The notes beneath the pieces are model-generated. The model did not search any database. It was not told the DNA's origin and saw only the letters and a program-made list of their open reading frames with translations. A program made the position numbers and the translations under genes. A DNA stretch of 64,000 nucleotides from Lama glama (lineage: Eukaryota): positions 71,550,001-71,614,000 of the forward strand of contig CM052816.1 of NCBI GenBank assembly GCA_028534125.1. The letters are read 5' to 3'. Every line of letters starts with the position of its first letter. The stretch's first letter is position 1. Positions 14,099 through 27,004 of the stretch are shown one piece after another.

Positions 14099-14199
14099 AA
14101 AGATCCTGCTTTCCAGGGGACACTAGGACAAAGGCCTCTAGTCAGAATAGGTGGTTTGTTCAAAGAACACAAGGCCAGAGTTTCTAGGGGATAGTTTGA

Positions 14200-14450
14200 G
14201 GGTGCTAAGTAAGAGATGGACAGGAACACAGGATGTGGGGCTTTACAGGGCAGAGTATGCAGTTCCAAATGCAATGGTAAGCCAGTAGAATGGTAAGCCA
14301 GTAGAGTTTTAAGAGAGTTATGACAATCTTATTTTTCTTTTAAAAGAATTACTCTGGATTTTAGGGCACTAAACACAGGAGTCTAGAAGTCAAGTGGAGG
14401 AGATACCACAGTGATCCAGGAGAGACGAGCTGTGGACTCTTCCAAGGGAG
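14200..14450 (-). mobile_element. L2 fragment
   Basis: 'tgcaatggtaagccagtagagttttaagag...ttttctttaaaagaattactctgg...gtgatccaggagagac'. Confidence 0.65.
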
Positions 14451-16656
14451 GCAAAAGTTTCCTCTGGGATCCTCCTTTTCCTCACCTTACGTAGGTGACC
14501 GAGCCCCCTCAGGACTGACACATTCCTTCTTTAGATATATTGATGTCTTTCGTCAGGTTAAAGTCAGGTTTTGCTGGACTCTTTTTCAGGTGCTTTTGAA
14601 AATACCTCCTTTGAGCCATAATATCTTGATTTATGGTTTAACTCTCAAAGAGCAAATTTATTTTCTAATTCTCAGAAGGCACCTCTGTTACAACCTTGCC
14701 ATATACTGCTTAATACTATCAACTCCAAGCATGGACAAACTGGCTAAAAAAATCTTTTTTTAAGAATAATTCTTTTAAGATATTTGTAGAAGTAGAGGAG
14801 TTGTACAGATTAAAAACAAAGCAAAACAAACAAACACCTTTCCAGGTTCTTTCCATATAGTTCTACAAAATATCATTAATAGCATTAAAATTATAACATC
14901 CTAAGATCTACTGGGAACCTTGGAACTATTAGCATTAATAATATCATCTTAAATTTTATAAAGCTTAGAGCCCTCAGGTTAATCATCACTTCCTACTTCA
15001 CTGTGCCCCCTCCCAGAGTCAGAAGTCCCCTCTACAATGTTTCATTAAGTTCTCGTGTACCTCACATTGCTTCAGAGAGGTAAGAGAAAGGCGATTACAT
15101 AAGAAACAGTCCTGCCCTCATGAAGCCACTGCCTACTGAGAAAGGCAGACCTATATCCAATTAGAACACAGTTTGGATGGGCCACTGCTTCCATCTGCCA
15201 AAATATTGTAATACATGGATATTTTTAGAAAAGACAGTTTACTGCCATCTGCCTGAAGTGTGTCTAAATAAATATGCAAATACATTTGTCCAAATAACCA
15301 GTGTGAATGGCGTCCCCTGTGTTACAGCCACACACAGCAGTTCTGGTTGGCTCTTTGGAACAAGAGGATTCCAGGAGGAGAAGGAAGGCAGGGCAGAAGG
15401 GTGAGAAGGAGAAGCTGTTTGACAGGTCAAGGAATACTTCACGGATGATGCAGAGCTCCCGGAAGTGTGATCATCTTAAGCAAAACATCCTCAAACATTC
15501 CTTAAGCGCACGTGTATTCATAGCGCTTCTTTATGATAGGTAAGAATAAAACTTCGTCCTGCAGAAAGGAACCCTGGACATGGAGAAATCCAGTGGTTTG
15601 TGTAATATTACAAAGTTGAAGCCAGAATCCAGGTTCTCTGACCTTCTGGTGCCTAGTTTCCCACATGGCTATGCTGTTTTCTAACTTTCCCATTCCTTCA
15701 TAGTCTCAAAATTAATGCTTTTCCAATATAAAGACCAATTATTCCAAGACAGACCATTCTGAAACTTAGTACTGTGTCATTTTCTAGGCTGCAAAGCAGA
15801 AACACTCAGCATTTTCAAAACCATCAAGGTTAGTTCCATTTCTACCTCTCGTAGAAACTCAAGACTCCTGAGTTTACTCCCTCGCCAGTGCACCGGTGCC
15901 TGCGGTCTCCTTTCACCCCAGTACTGGTGCCCGGAGCATCCTTTATGGGGAAGAAAAAGAGACAGAAAAGCTTTCAAATGCTTTTAGGTGAAGTGTTCAA
16001 CATAAACACTTCTCGGAAGTGAAGTGCTGGCTCTCCAGAACACCCACAGGGTAACACCAGTAGAAGGCAGTACAGAGAAAACGTCTGTAGTATCTCCTGC
16101 TGTTTAATAGGGAATTGAAATATACTAGTTATCCCCAATTTTCAGTATACTTGAAGCAGACAGGACTTCCAGCTGGTGACAGGACTTTCAGGATTTACAA
16201 ACTCCCATGAAGGGGGATGACTCTAGGGTTAATTGTGGATAGAACCAAAGAGAGATACGGGTCCCTGAAGATTAACTCAAGGAGGACTACATGTTTGCTT
16301 GTTTATTCATTTCCTGGTTTATTTCTCTTCACCCATAATCCTGGAGAATCTCAGTTTCAAAGACTAACGAAATCTTGAACTGACTGTTCCCCCATAAGCA
16401 GCTTCCATTTATATCTGTTCAAAATTGAAATTCAGAAATGAGGGACATTTTAGTTTCAATGGACTAGTGTCCTCTTGTTCTTAGTATTTTGGACAAAAAT
16501 TTTTTCCAATCAAAGCTTCTGTAGGTATAACCAGCCAGTGACTTCATCTTACCTTTTCTTCTTCCAGTTCTAGTGCTTAATTTAAAAAATAATAATAATA
16601 AAAAGCCACTTGCTATTTTGTACCTCCACCCCAGAACTTACCATTTTCTTTCTGCT

Positions 16657-16700
16657 TCTGTCTCTCTCTCTCTCTGTCTCTCTCACACACACTCACACAC
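16657..16700. repeat. Compound (TC)n(CA)n microsatellite
   Basis: tctgtctctctctctctctgtctctctcacacacactcacacac. Confidence 0.85.
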
Positions 16701-17050
16701 TTATCAGAATATTCCAATTCAAGGGGAGAAATTTTCTTACAAATTTTCAACAAATAAGTTGTGATCAAGTACCAGTATAGCTTCTCTGCTAATTTTCTAT
16801 AGTTTCCTATAAATTCATGTGTCTTTGTCATTTTCCTTTTCTACCTTTCTATGCAGAGCTTGCCTCTTTTTTGCTTAATTTTTACTGGAAATTTCTGTTC
16901 TCAAATGTTGAAGGATTAAGGCAAATATAATAGCTCAAAATAGCTATTCTTTTTGCTTTTATTTGGTCATTCAGGATGATTAATTTTACAGCTAATGCTA
17001 AAAAGGTCTCCATGAAGTATTTAATAAGAGTATTTTGTTGTTCAACTTTT

Positions 17051-17252
17051 TTCTTTTCCTTTTTTTAATTTTATTTTTTATTAAAATACGATTGATTTAC
17101 AATGTTAGTTTCAGGTATACAGCAAAGCGATTCAGTTATACATGCACAGACATAAGTATATTTTCTTTTCAGGTTTTTTTTCCATTGTATGTTATTACAG
17201 GAAATTGAACATAGTTCCCTGTGCCATACAGAAGGTCCTTGTTGTTTACCTG
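17051..17252 (-). mobile_element. 5'-truncated artiodactyl-type L1 3' end
   Basis: T-rich tail then 'ttgatttacaatgttagtttcaggtatacagcaaagcgattcagttata...atagttccctgtgccatacag'; TSD-like ttttgttgttcaactttt / ttttgctgttcagttttt. Confidence 0.9.
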
Positions 17253-17831
17253 TTTTGCTGTTCAGTTTTTAAAAATGATTGCATGCCTACTAGCTTCAAG
17301 GACACTGTACTGCATGTGGCTCATCCCAATAGCTCTTACGTTTTCCAGGGTGACAAGATTATTTTCTGTGATGAAAGTAGGAGTGGTAGTGATGATGACA
17401 CGGCTCCACTTTGTTCATTTGCTTCATTGTACTGTTGACAAACATTATGTTGTCAATTAAATTGTAAGAAATTAGAGATAAAGCTGACCCTGAAAATGTA
17501 AATGAGACAAGACTGATACCTGTTTGTCGGTGTGCTGAGTTTGCCAATGAGAGCCAGAAAGTTGGCTTTGACACGGATTGCTGTCTCTTCTCAGGAACAC
17601 ATTTCTTTTCCAAGGGGTGTGTGCAATTTTAAGTATAATTAAACTCTATTATCTATCTCAGCTATCTTGGCCATGGCAGGTTAGAAAGTGAAATAATTTC
17701 ACAACTTGTTGGATAATTACTAAGCCTGAAGAGGTATCTTATTCGGGCAGTACATCAAGAGTATTAACCTGTCATGATTAGATTATCCAAATGCAAACTA
17801 TGTACCACAGTAGAGATTGCTTTTTGAAGAT

Positions 17832-17834
<3 letters not shown>

Positions 17835-17870
<36 letters not shown>
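17835..17870. repeat. (CA)18 microsatellite
   Basis: Perfect CA run. Confidence 0.98.
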
Positions 17871-17871
<1 letters not shown>

Positions 17872-18489
17872 CATGAACTCCAAAGCCTTAAGAAATTTGA
17901 CTTAGATAAAATGTGAAATGTCAGACTACCTAAAAAGGTACTTCAGACATTCATGATGAGAATGCTTGGATTATGGTTCAATATGAACACAAAGACTTCT
18001 CAATTAAGTAAATTTGTTGATACACAATAGTACTTTAATACCAATACTTCACATTTGTTTAGCATTTTTAACTTTTAAAGCACTTTCACATCTATTATAT
18101 CATTTTATATGTAATTTTATTCAACATAAAACTGCCATTGTGGTGACTGTTAAACTGCAAATAATTTAAAGAAACAATTTGTATAGGTGCATTTCAAATA
18201 GCACTTTTAAATCTCTTTCACACACATAACACTGAAATGTTTGTATTAAAACCAATTGATCTCTGAGAAATTAGTCCACTCCACACATGCACATACAAAC
18301 ACAGAGAAGAGAGATATTATAATTTAGGTCTACTTAGGCAAGATGTAGAAGTGAAGAAATGACGGGGTGAATAATAGAAAAAAAATTCTTTAAAACTTAT
18401 GATAGTTGCCCCCAGATTTGCAATGAACTAACCAATAATTTGGAGTTATGTAGACCAAGAAATGGTTGTCATCTTTTATTTTCTAAATA

Positions 18490-18600
18490 GTGTGGCCAGG
18501 CAATATCCCAGACCAATTGAAATACAATTTTGTGGGGTGAGAGCAACCATAGTATAATTTGAAGTTAGCCAGGCGATTCTAACAAAGGCTGAGAACTATG
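18490..18600. mobile_element. MER5-like hAT MITE fragment
   Basis: 'cccagaccaattgaaatacaattttgtgggg...ccaggcgattctaac...ctgagaacta'. Confidence 0.55.
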
Positions 18601-21600
18601 GTGTGATCACATCAGCTATCACAGTTACAGAAATAATATGCATGTATGAAAGTTATATTCAAAATAAATACACCTATATTTTAATATTCTCTACTTTTTT
18701 TAAACTCTAAATTTTACTTGTGTGAAAATACAGTCTAAGCAATAGCTGACGGGATTACATTTTGTCACGTAGCATGGAATTGAGTTATTCTATACACAAC
18801 AGAAACAAAGTTTACAACTTACTAGCCCTAACTATTATAAACTCACAATAGATCCTGACTTTTGGAAGATAATCCAAGAGGACAAATGACCCACAAAGCA
18901 GAAAAGAAATCGGTGAGTATACAAATGATCTAAAATGCCTAAATTTGAAAAACAAAAAGCAAAATTAATTTACACATATGTGCTTTAAAATTTTAATATA
19001 TATTTTGTTATTAAGCAGAAACATTAGTCTCTGTTGGAGGTGGGGAGTATCCCGTATTTGTTTTCAGTTATCTTGAGTCTGAGTTTGAAAACACAGGATT
19101 AAAGACTAATGATTCTACACTTCTATTTAAAATGAGCACCTCATTTCTGATATTCCCCATCCTCATTTTTGACCTGAGTCACATATTTCACTCTGTCCTT
19201 TACCCAGAGTCATAAATTCCAAAAGAACATTGCATTACTGTCAATCACTGGGTCAGCAAAGCAGGAGACCAATGAGTTCTGCCTGACCTCAGCATCTCAG
19301 TAAGCCAATGAAAACATTAAAAGACTGCCTTCCACAATGTTCCAGGAGCGAATGTCAGTACTGAAGAGTTCCATCACCTGCCAGACTTTTATCGGGAGCG
19401 TCAGAATATGGTCCAGAAAACTGTTGACTGGTACATTAGTTGGTAGAGCTATTGTGCCCTAGGTGTGGATGTCCACTTTTTATTATGAACCATAATAACA
19501 ATGACATTTAATCATATCTGCGTTTACTTTCTGTCTCAGCTTCTGGAAACAAGTTTCATCCCACTTTTGTGATATTTTGAATGTAATTGATTATTGGCAC
19601 CATTGCTGATATACATTGTGACCCAACGAGTCTATCAGATGCACTTAATAAAGTTAAATGCACTGAACATGGATGTCCCAGATGGCTGAATCCTTGAAGA
19701 GTTAATTAAGGTACCCTCTTGTTTCATTTTCCGTAAGAATAATCTACTCTGGACGTCAGCCAGAAAAGAAGGTAGGAGAGTATTTTTCCTCATGTCTAAG
19801 AGAATAGACTGTATTTATCCACTGTGATTAGCCAAACAATTTATAGGATTGCTCCCATGAATATAATCATTTCCAAAAACTAAGGCAAATTTTACATCTA
19901 GTACAACAGAAGTGGGATCATTTTTTATGTAGTGGTTCCTGTATCAGGAAGAACAATTATACATTCATAGAGCACATGACAGAAATGCTGAACTGAAAAA
20001 GCTCTGTTGTGCTTTTCATGCGCTATATTCTTGTAAAGACAGTTTTGTGTATATATTTCAGAGAAATCTTTCATTTTAAAGCCAAAAATACTTAAATACA
20101 ATAAAAGAAACTCAGTATTGAACTTTTTTTAAGGTAGTCAGTAGATTCTTATTGATTAAATTTGACAACACTTAAAATTCAACTTTATCGCACAGAATAT
20201 GAACAACCAAGCCTTTATACTTCACTCCCAGGGGTGTGGGAAATCTTGAGATCTAGTTACAAGCTGATTATACGAAACAGTTGGAAAAAAAAAAAGTAGT
20301 GACAAACACGGATGCATCCTAATTGAATTGTCCACTTCATTTTGCCCACTCTGTGGTGTGAGCAGTAGAGTAAATCCTGGTTTTAGCTATGCAGGATAAA
20401 AGTCTATTTGAAGTTGGAGTCTATAGCTGGCTTTTCACAGTAAATTGACCTTGCTCAGCGCAGCCAATGTCATAATGCTCTGTTTTATCTGGGCTGAGAA
20501 AGAAAATCGCAAATTGCTTCTGCATGATTAGTTCTGCCACTTCAAACGTGTTTCTTCCGAGTTGGCTTCCACACATACTGCTAAAGATATGTGCCACTGG
20601 GAAATACTGATCCGACTCTGAACTTCTCCAATTAAATAACCCTTTAATTGCCAGTTCAAGAAAACGTATCCAGCAAAGCAAAAAGAAATCTGTCTTCTAA
20701 GCAACGTGACTTAAAAGTATTTTTCAAATACTATGCACATAAAAGAGAATTTTTAAAAAATGACTTATTGTATCTTGTGAAATACATCAAAATCAAATTG
20801 AATATAAAATCAGATAAAGTTATAAAAAGAATGGAAAGTTGAGCTTGAGACGTTGGCAAATGTATTTAATCACTGGTAGAAGATAGCTTTTTTCCCCCTG
20901 AAATATCTGACCTACTCTAAAAAAGGCGATATTGTAACACACTGAAAATGTATTCCCTTTATATATAAAAGTTTGTACCCTGTTTTAGAAACTCATGAAT
21001 ATAATTTAATTTTTCCCATTCAAGAAAAAAATGACCGCATGACCAATTGTTATAAAAATGTTAAGAGGCAGTAATTCCCAAATAGACAATAGACTGTCCA
21101 TTTCACCTACTACTACTAATAATAATAACAAAGGAACTAATGATGTGCATACCCACTTAGAATACCAGGGACAGAGTTCTCTTTATTTAAATAAACAGTT
21201 ATGCCAAAAAATTATGATCCAGAAACCTATCTTCCCCTCTGACTTCTTATATTACTCAGGATAAACTTTTAAAACCAGCGATATATTAATTTTACACCTC
21301 ATCAAAATATAAGCATGGTGACTTTGATAATAAGCAGGAATTACATTAACTGTTACAAATCCCAGAAAACATAGTAGGATTAAATTCACTGATAACACTC
21401 CAACAAAAACAAAGATATCTGAAGAAATTGTTTTTAGCTAAGTTCATGGATTTATCTTCTACTGACAAAACTGCACTCTCATGAAGACTTTGAAGACAAT
21501 GAAAATAAAGCAAGTTAGAGGATTGGAATTAGTGAAGAACATTTTTGTTCTTTGTTTTATTTGTTGTTTGCTTGTTTACTTGTTACTTGTGTTTAGTCTG

Positions 21601-23175
21601 TGAAATGCTGAATGAAGTCCTAAACTATTTTGGAATCAGATACCTACATAAAATTGAAAACTTTTGGTACCATGTCTTTGACGAGTCAACTTTTAAATTT
21701 TAGATATTATGTATTACTATACATTTGATATTAGAGATGTCTTATACTTTTAAACTGGAATAAGGGGTAGATGCCAAACTAAAAGAATTACACAAGTGAT
21801 TGATGTTAACTCCCCAAGTGTTCAAGTTGGAGACTAGAATGTGTCCTTTGTGCCATGTCTAATTTCATTTTAGCTGTTGCTGCAGATAAAAGTTTAACAT
21901 ACATTTTAAAAGGAAGATTTGGTGAGTGTTTTTGAGAAAGGGTAATAAAAGAGGAATGCAAAATTCACGGGGCTGAGCTATGCTTAAGCCCTGCTATCAA
22001 ATACAGATAGGAATGACCCAGAGTAGATAGATCCACTTTAAGGTGAAGAGAGAACTAGAAAGGTGTTGCCTGACAAATAATTCTGTGTATCAAAAGATCC
22101 TGCTCACCAGCCTGACAAATAAATGACACTTGTTGTCAACTTCTATTCATCTTTTTACAAAGGATGACAGCACCAAGAAACAACCACTTTTTCCTTAAGT
22201 ATCAAATGGTTTTACAAAGTTCTAGGCATTTTTCTGGGTCAGAAATATACACATTTCTAAGTAATGAAAAAATTTGTAACTTCTCTATTTACAACCTAAA
22301 TTTGAGGATGTGAAAGTATGAAGTATTGGGTAAAGATGGTTTCATTACATGGTATCATTATGTGATGTTTTCTGGGAAACAGCTTACATCAGTCATAGAC
22401 ATTTTATAGGACTGAAGACACTGGAATCCAAATAGGTTGTACATGTGGGAATCAGTTAAATGTTACATGAAATTATAACTTAAAAAGGGTATTTTTAAAT
22501 GATTGTAAAATCTGAAGTGAATTTGTTAAATCTGCAGAAAAATATATGCTAACGTATGTTGCTTACTAATGACTGAAATGGTTTAAAACTTTCCCTGAAA
22601 CTAGAGAAGACACATAAATACAAGAATGTTGCAAATATGATAAAACATATTAACACCAGCCAATTCTTTGTTTTATAAGGGTGTCTTCACATGGAAAAGT
22701 CGATAGATTACTTTAGCAGCAATGAATTAGTATTCACAAAGGCAAACTTGCAACAAGCTATAAATGTAGTTCCTTCAATTTCTACAGAAGTTTTTAATTA
22801 TTTTTTGTTATACTTGATAAAATCCCTATATTTGGCACTGAGCCAATACTAACTCTGTGTTCCCCAAATAAACTGTTAGCAAAAAAAAAAAAAAAAGGTA
22901 AAATGATCAATATTACCAATCATATTTGCTATGCGCTACCCAGCATCCGAACTGTGATGCTATGTTTCCATTCATGGCCTTGGCCCATTTTCCTTAAAAC
23001 CACAAAGTAAGGTATGTAAAGGTCAGGGGTAGGATTAGATCTCTACATGCTTGAACATCCCCAACTAAAGAAAAAGAAAATCACCTTAGAATCCTGGACT
23101 CAGGCCACCAAAGTAGCTTTATGCCCTCAAGAAAGAGCTATTTGCAGCCTAGTGCTTATGAACAGACTTACTTAC

Positions 23176-23287
23176 CTGGGCTACGTTTAACCCAAGAGCA
23201 TCTTTCAAGATAGCTATTCATTACCTTTGGTTCATGCTCAATTGTCCTCTTTCGTCATTCTTTTCTACTCAACCAATTTTCTATCTC
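23176..23287 (-). other. Candidate non-coding internal exon
   Basis: Strong donor CAG|GTAAGT at 23176; acceptor ccactctgttcacaag|GAG, with a long pyrimidine tract further upstream on the minus strand (23330-23366); purine-rich body; alternative donor AAG|GTAATG near 23225. Confidence 0.3.
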
Positions 23288-23389
23288 CTTGTGAACAGAG
23301 TGGGACCCCCCCACCCTACCCCCATCAAATAAAAAAGAAGAAAGAAAAGAGAAAAAGAAAAGGAAGTTAAAATAAAATAAAAATATTTT

Positions 23390-24240
23390 GGCTTCACTGC
23401 TCCTAGAGTTAATATCTTATATTTCTCCCTTCATTTACTGCCAAATTTCTTGAAGCATGCTTTCAGTTCACTACCTCCATCACTGGCTTCTCCTTAACTA
23501 CCTGCTACCAGTCTTTCCTCAGCCCTTGTCATTCTACTGCAACTTCGTTCTACAAGGTCATTTGATCAAATGGGACGATCAGTTGGTGTTTTTTCCCACT
23601 TCATTCAGCTTAAGCTTTCACTTCTTTCAATGTGGTTGGTCACCTCCTTACAAAACTCTCTTTTCTTGGTTGTTGTAGGGTGGGACACAACTGTTATGGG
23701 CCAGATCAGTTGAAGGGAACACCGTTCTCCTGTCCACTTTGATTTTTGTGACAAGACACTATTTCACTTCCAGAGTTGTCTCTGTAGCCTCTCCTTGGTT
23801 GTCTAAACATATCTACCATGGCTCTTTCACCTTGGATATTCAACTTTGACCCAAAATGCTATATATACAAAATCCCATTGGATGTCACTGTCTATGACGG
23901 TACATGATGCTATTGTTCATTGTTTAAAAAATTTGAGCCATTTCTCCTTTTTTGTTTACCTGCATCCAAGTTCTAAAAGTGTCATTCCCATCCCTTTCTT
24001 CAGTGAGTGCTCCCAAACTTCCTTGTCAAGTCCAGAGCAGTCTTTCCAAATACAACCTGAGTCTCTCTACCTGCAAGCTTCACCAACAGAGTCAACCTAA
24101 AAGTAATAAAGGCAAACCATGAGTTTATGTTTTCTTCTCCTTTCCTCCCTCAGTTTAGATGACACAACCTTTTTTCTCATCACCAAGACTCAAACCTAAA
24201 CATCACCGATGATTCCTAGCATGTTGCTAATAATTCTTAA
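23390..24240 (+). mobile_element. L2 fragments
   Basis: Pyrimidine-rich L2-like motifs such as 'actgccaaatttcttgaag', 'catttgatcaaatgg' and 'tttctcatcaccaagactcaaacct'. Confidence 0.55.
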
Positions 24241-24254
24241 TCTGTTTTCTCATC

Positions 24255-26900
24255 TTTATACATTCATTTATAAACATCATAAAGCTTTAAATGTGCCAGG
24301 CAGAGTTTATTCAAAAATGTCAGGAGCAAAGTGTCTGTCTTCCAGTAACTAATGACCTAATTGGGAATTCAGATAAATAAACAACGTGGTGTATTCCAGA
24401 TTAATGTGAGGGCACTAACTTGGGGACCAAATAGAAAAGACTATTAGCCAAGAAGGGCAACTCAGGTTGAAAAACAAATTTTATTGGAATGCAAATGAGC
24501 ATAGTTTTTAATATACTGAAGAGATTCCAGGAGGCAAAAACTGGTCTTGAACTTGGCAGATAGAAGCGAGCTACTGATACTGACATTAAGGTAAAGTAAA
24601 TTAGAATGATATTTCAAAAGGGAAGATAGAAAAGAAGAAGGGACACAAAGTGAAAAGACAACTCTGGAGAATGCTGATATTTAAGGAGCAGGAAGGGAAG
24701 ATATATTAGCAGATGTGGTTAAAATAAGAAATATGAAAAGCTTTCCCAATCCAAGAAACTGTCCTTTTATTCTTTTTGTACTACCATATCCCCTTCAGCT
24801 TTTTTATGCTCTATTATAGCACTCAATATATTATACTGTAAAAGTTGATTTTCTAGTCTCTTTCCCTCTTTAGACCATCAGTTTCTTGAGGACAAGAAGT
24901 GTATCTAGTTTATCTCTCTATCCCTAGAGTCTAACATATTGCCTGTAATATAAAACCTGCTCAAAATTCTTACAGAATAGTTAATAAATGACAGTATTAT
25001 CAAAGAACCTAGAAAAGAGAAATGTTGGAGAAGGATGATCTGACTACACAGCAGAAAGATAGAAAAAATTAAATGAGAGGATTGGATTTGGGAACTCAAC
25101 TTGAAGGTCATTGGTTATGCTAGGAAGAGCAGTTTCATGACAGTGGTGAAAATAAAAGCAGATTGCAAGAGGATGAAATGTCAAAGACAGTTTAAGAGTA
25201 AGTAACACATTGATTCATATATATAATGGAATATTACTGTCATTAAAAAGAATGAAATAATGTCATTTGCAGCCACATGGATGGACCTAGAGATTATCAT
25301 ACCAAGTGAAGTAAGTCAGGCAGAGAAAGATAAATATATGATATCACTTATATGTGGAATCTAAACAAATGATAGAAATGAACTTATTTACAAAACAGAA
25401 ATAGACTCACAGACAGAAAACAAACTTATGGTTACTAAAACGGGAAGGGGGAGAGGGATAAATTAGGAATTTGGGATTAACATATACATGCTACTATATA
25501 TAAAATAGATAAACAACAAGGACCTACTGTATAGCATATGTATATATGTATAATTGAATCACTTTGCTTAGAGTTGAAACAAACACAACATTGTAAATCA
25601 ACTATACTTCAATTTTAAAAAGTAGGCAACACATACAGACCACTCTTGGGATGGATTTGAGAGTTTAATTAAGAAAGGAGTTAAGGTGGCAGGCAGTGAA
25701 AGAATTATTTGCATCTCAATCATATGGCTGGAGAATCCTCCAACAGGGAGTCTATGTTTAAAAGAACAAAAAGGTGGCATAGATTAAAGCAGAGGCAATG
25801 CTGAGCTCATAGGATAAGGAGCTAGATGAGGCTCCAAATGGCAAATAGAACCTGAGATGAGAGTTGGGAAAGACTTAGAAAAGTTTAGGAAGCATTTTGC
25901 GAGAAAAGCTAAAACAGATAAGTGGTTCAGGGAAGACACTGGAGAACATTTAATGGCTCTCAGGCAGAGCTGGCAACTTTAACCATAGACGCCTTCATAG
26001 AATCCAGATCAAGGGCAGATTTATTTGTTTTCTTAGGAAGGAGTAGCTGAAGCTTGAGTATGCTTTTAAACAACAACAAGAGATTCATTAAAAATGAGTG
26101 GGAGATTGATGATTCAAAAGAGAAAAGATAATCTAATGTTCCAAGTCCTAAGAGAGGATGAAACTTTGAGAGAAGGGCAATCTTTGGAGAGAGAGGGAAG
26201 TTGGGAGCAACTTTTTTTCTGAGTAGGAGGAAATATTTGGTTGAGAGAAGAGGTAAACAAACGTGGTCATAAGACTGAGGGAATGCAAAGTTTTAATTTA
26301 TCACTGAATTAGGGGTTGAGATTGAAAGGGGTGGGGAGGAAATTGGCAGCTTGAGAACAGAAAAGACAGTTTAAAACAAGTTCTGAGTGTATTTGGAAAT
26401 GAATAAAAATGAGACAAGTGAGTTAAATGACTTTAAAAAAAAAAGACTGCTGTGTAGTGTCTAGGGTTCAACTTTTAGACTAGAAATCATGTTTGTGTTG
26501 AAGTCAATCCACGTGGTTCTGTAGTTATCTCCAGCTATATCCAAATTACCTGAGAAGAAAATTGGAGAAAATTGATAGTTTGGTTGAATCAGGGTGGGAA
26601 TTACCTGGCAAAATGAAACAAATGTGTCAGTGGCATTAAGAAATTGAAAATAATAAGAAAAGCAAAGATGAAATAATGGTAGTGTCCATTATGATTTGGG
26701 TATGAAGTGAAAAGAGAAAGAAGTTGAATAAAATAAAATGTGATTAGGGAATTGATGTCAGTTTAAAGACAAAGGCAATGTTTAGTAAACATGGTAGAGA
26801 GAGAATGATGGCAAGTTGTAGTGTCAAGAAAGAATTTCAAAACATAAGGTTACAGATGTGGGACAATTTTGGTTGTTGACAAAGTCCACAAATTAAGTAG
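24255..26900 (-). mobile_element. Long, decayed L2 (interrupted by an L1 at 25.2-25.6 kb and an opposite-strand L2 tail at ~24.8-25.0 kb)
   Basis: L2 tail 'cattcatttataaacat...atgtgccaggc' at ~24261; 'aggtcattggttatgctaggaagagcagtttcatgacagtggtg' at ~25105; purine-rich L2 body downstream. Confidence 0.65.
25211..25617 (+). mobile_element. 5'-truncated artiodactyl-type L1 3' end with TSD
   Basis: 'atggaatattac...tttgcagccacatggatggacctagagattatcat...ttgtaaatcaactatacttcaatt'; TSD aagagtaagtaacacat (25194-25210) / aaaagtaggcaacacat (25618-25634). Confidence 0.93.
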
Positions 26901-27004
26901 AAAAGTGGAATAATGAAAAGGATTTCTCTTGAAATCATCAATAAGTAGCTACAAGAATGCCAATCTTACTTCCTCCTTCTCTGTAAAGGATACAGACTGA
27001 GTGT

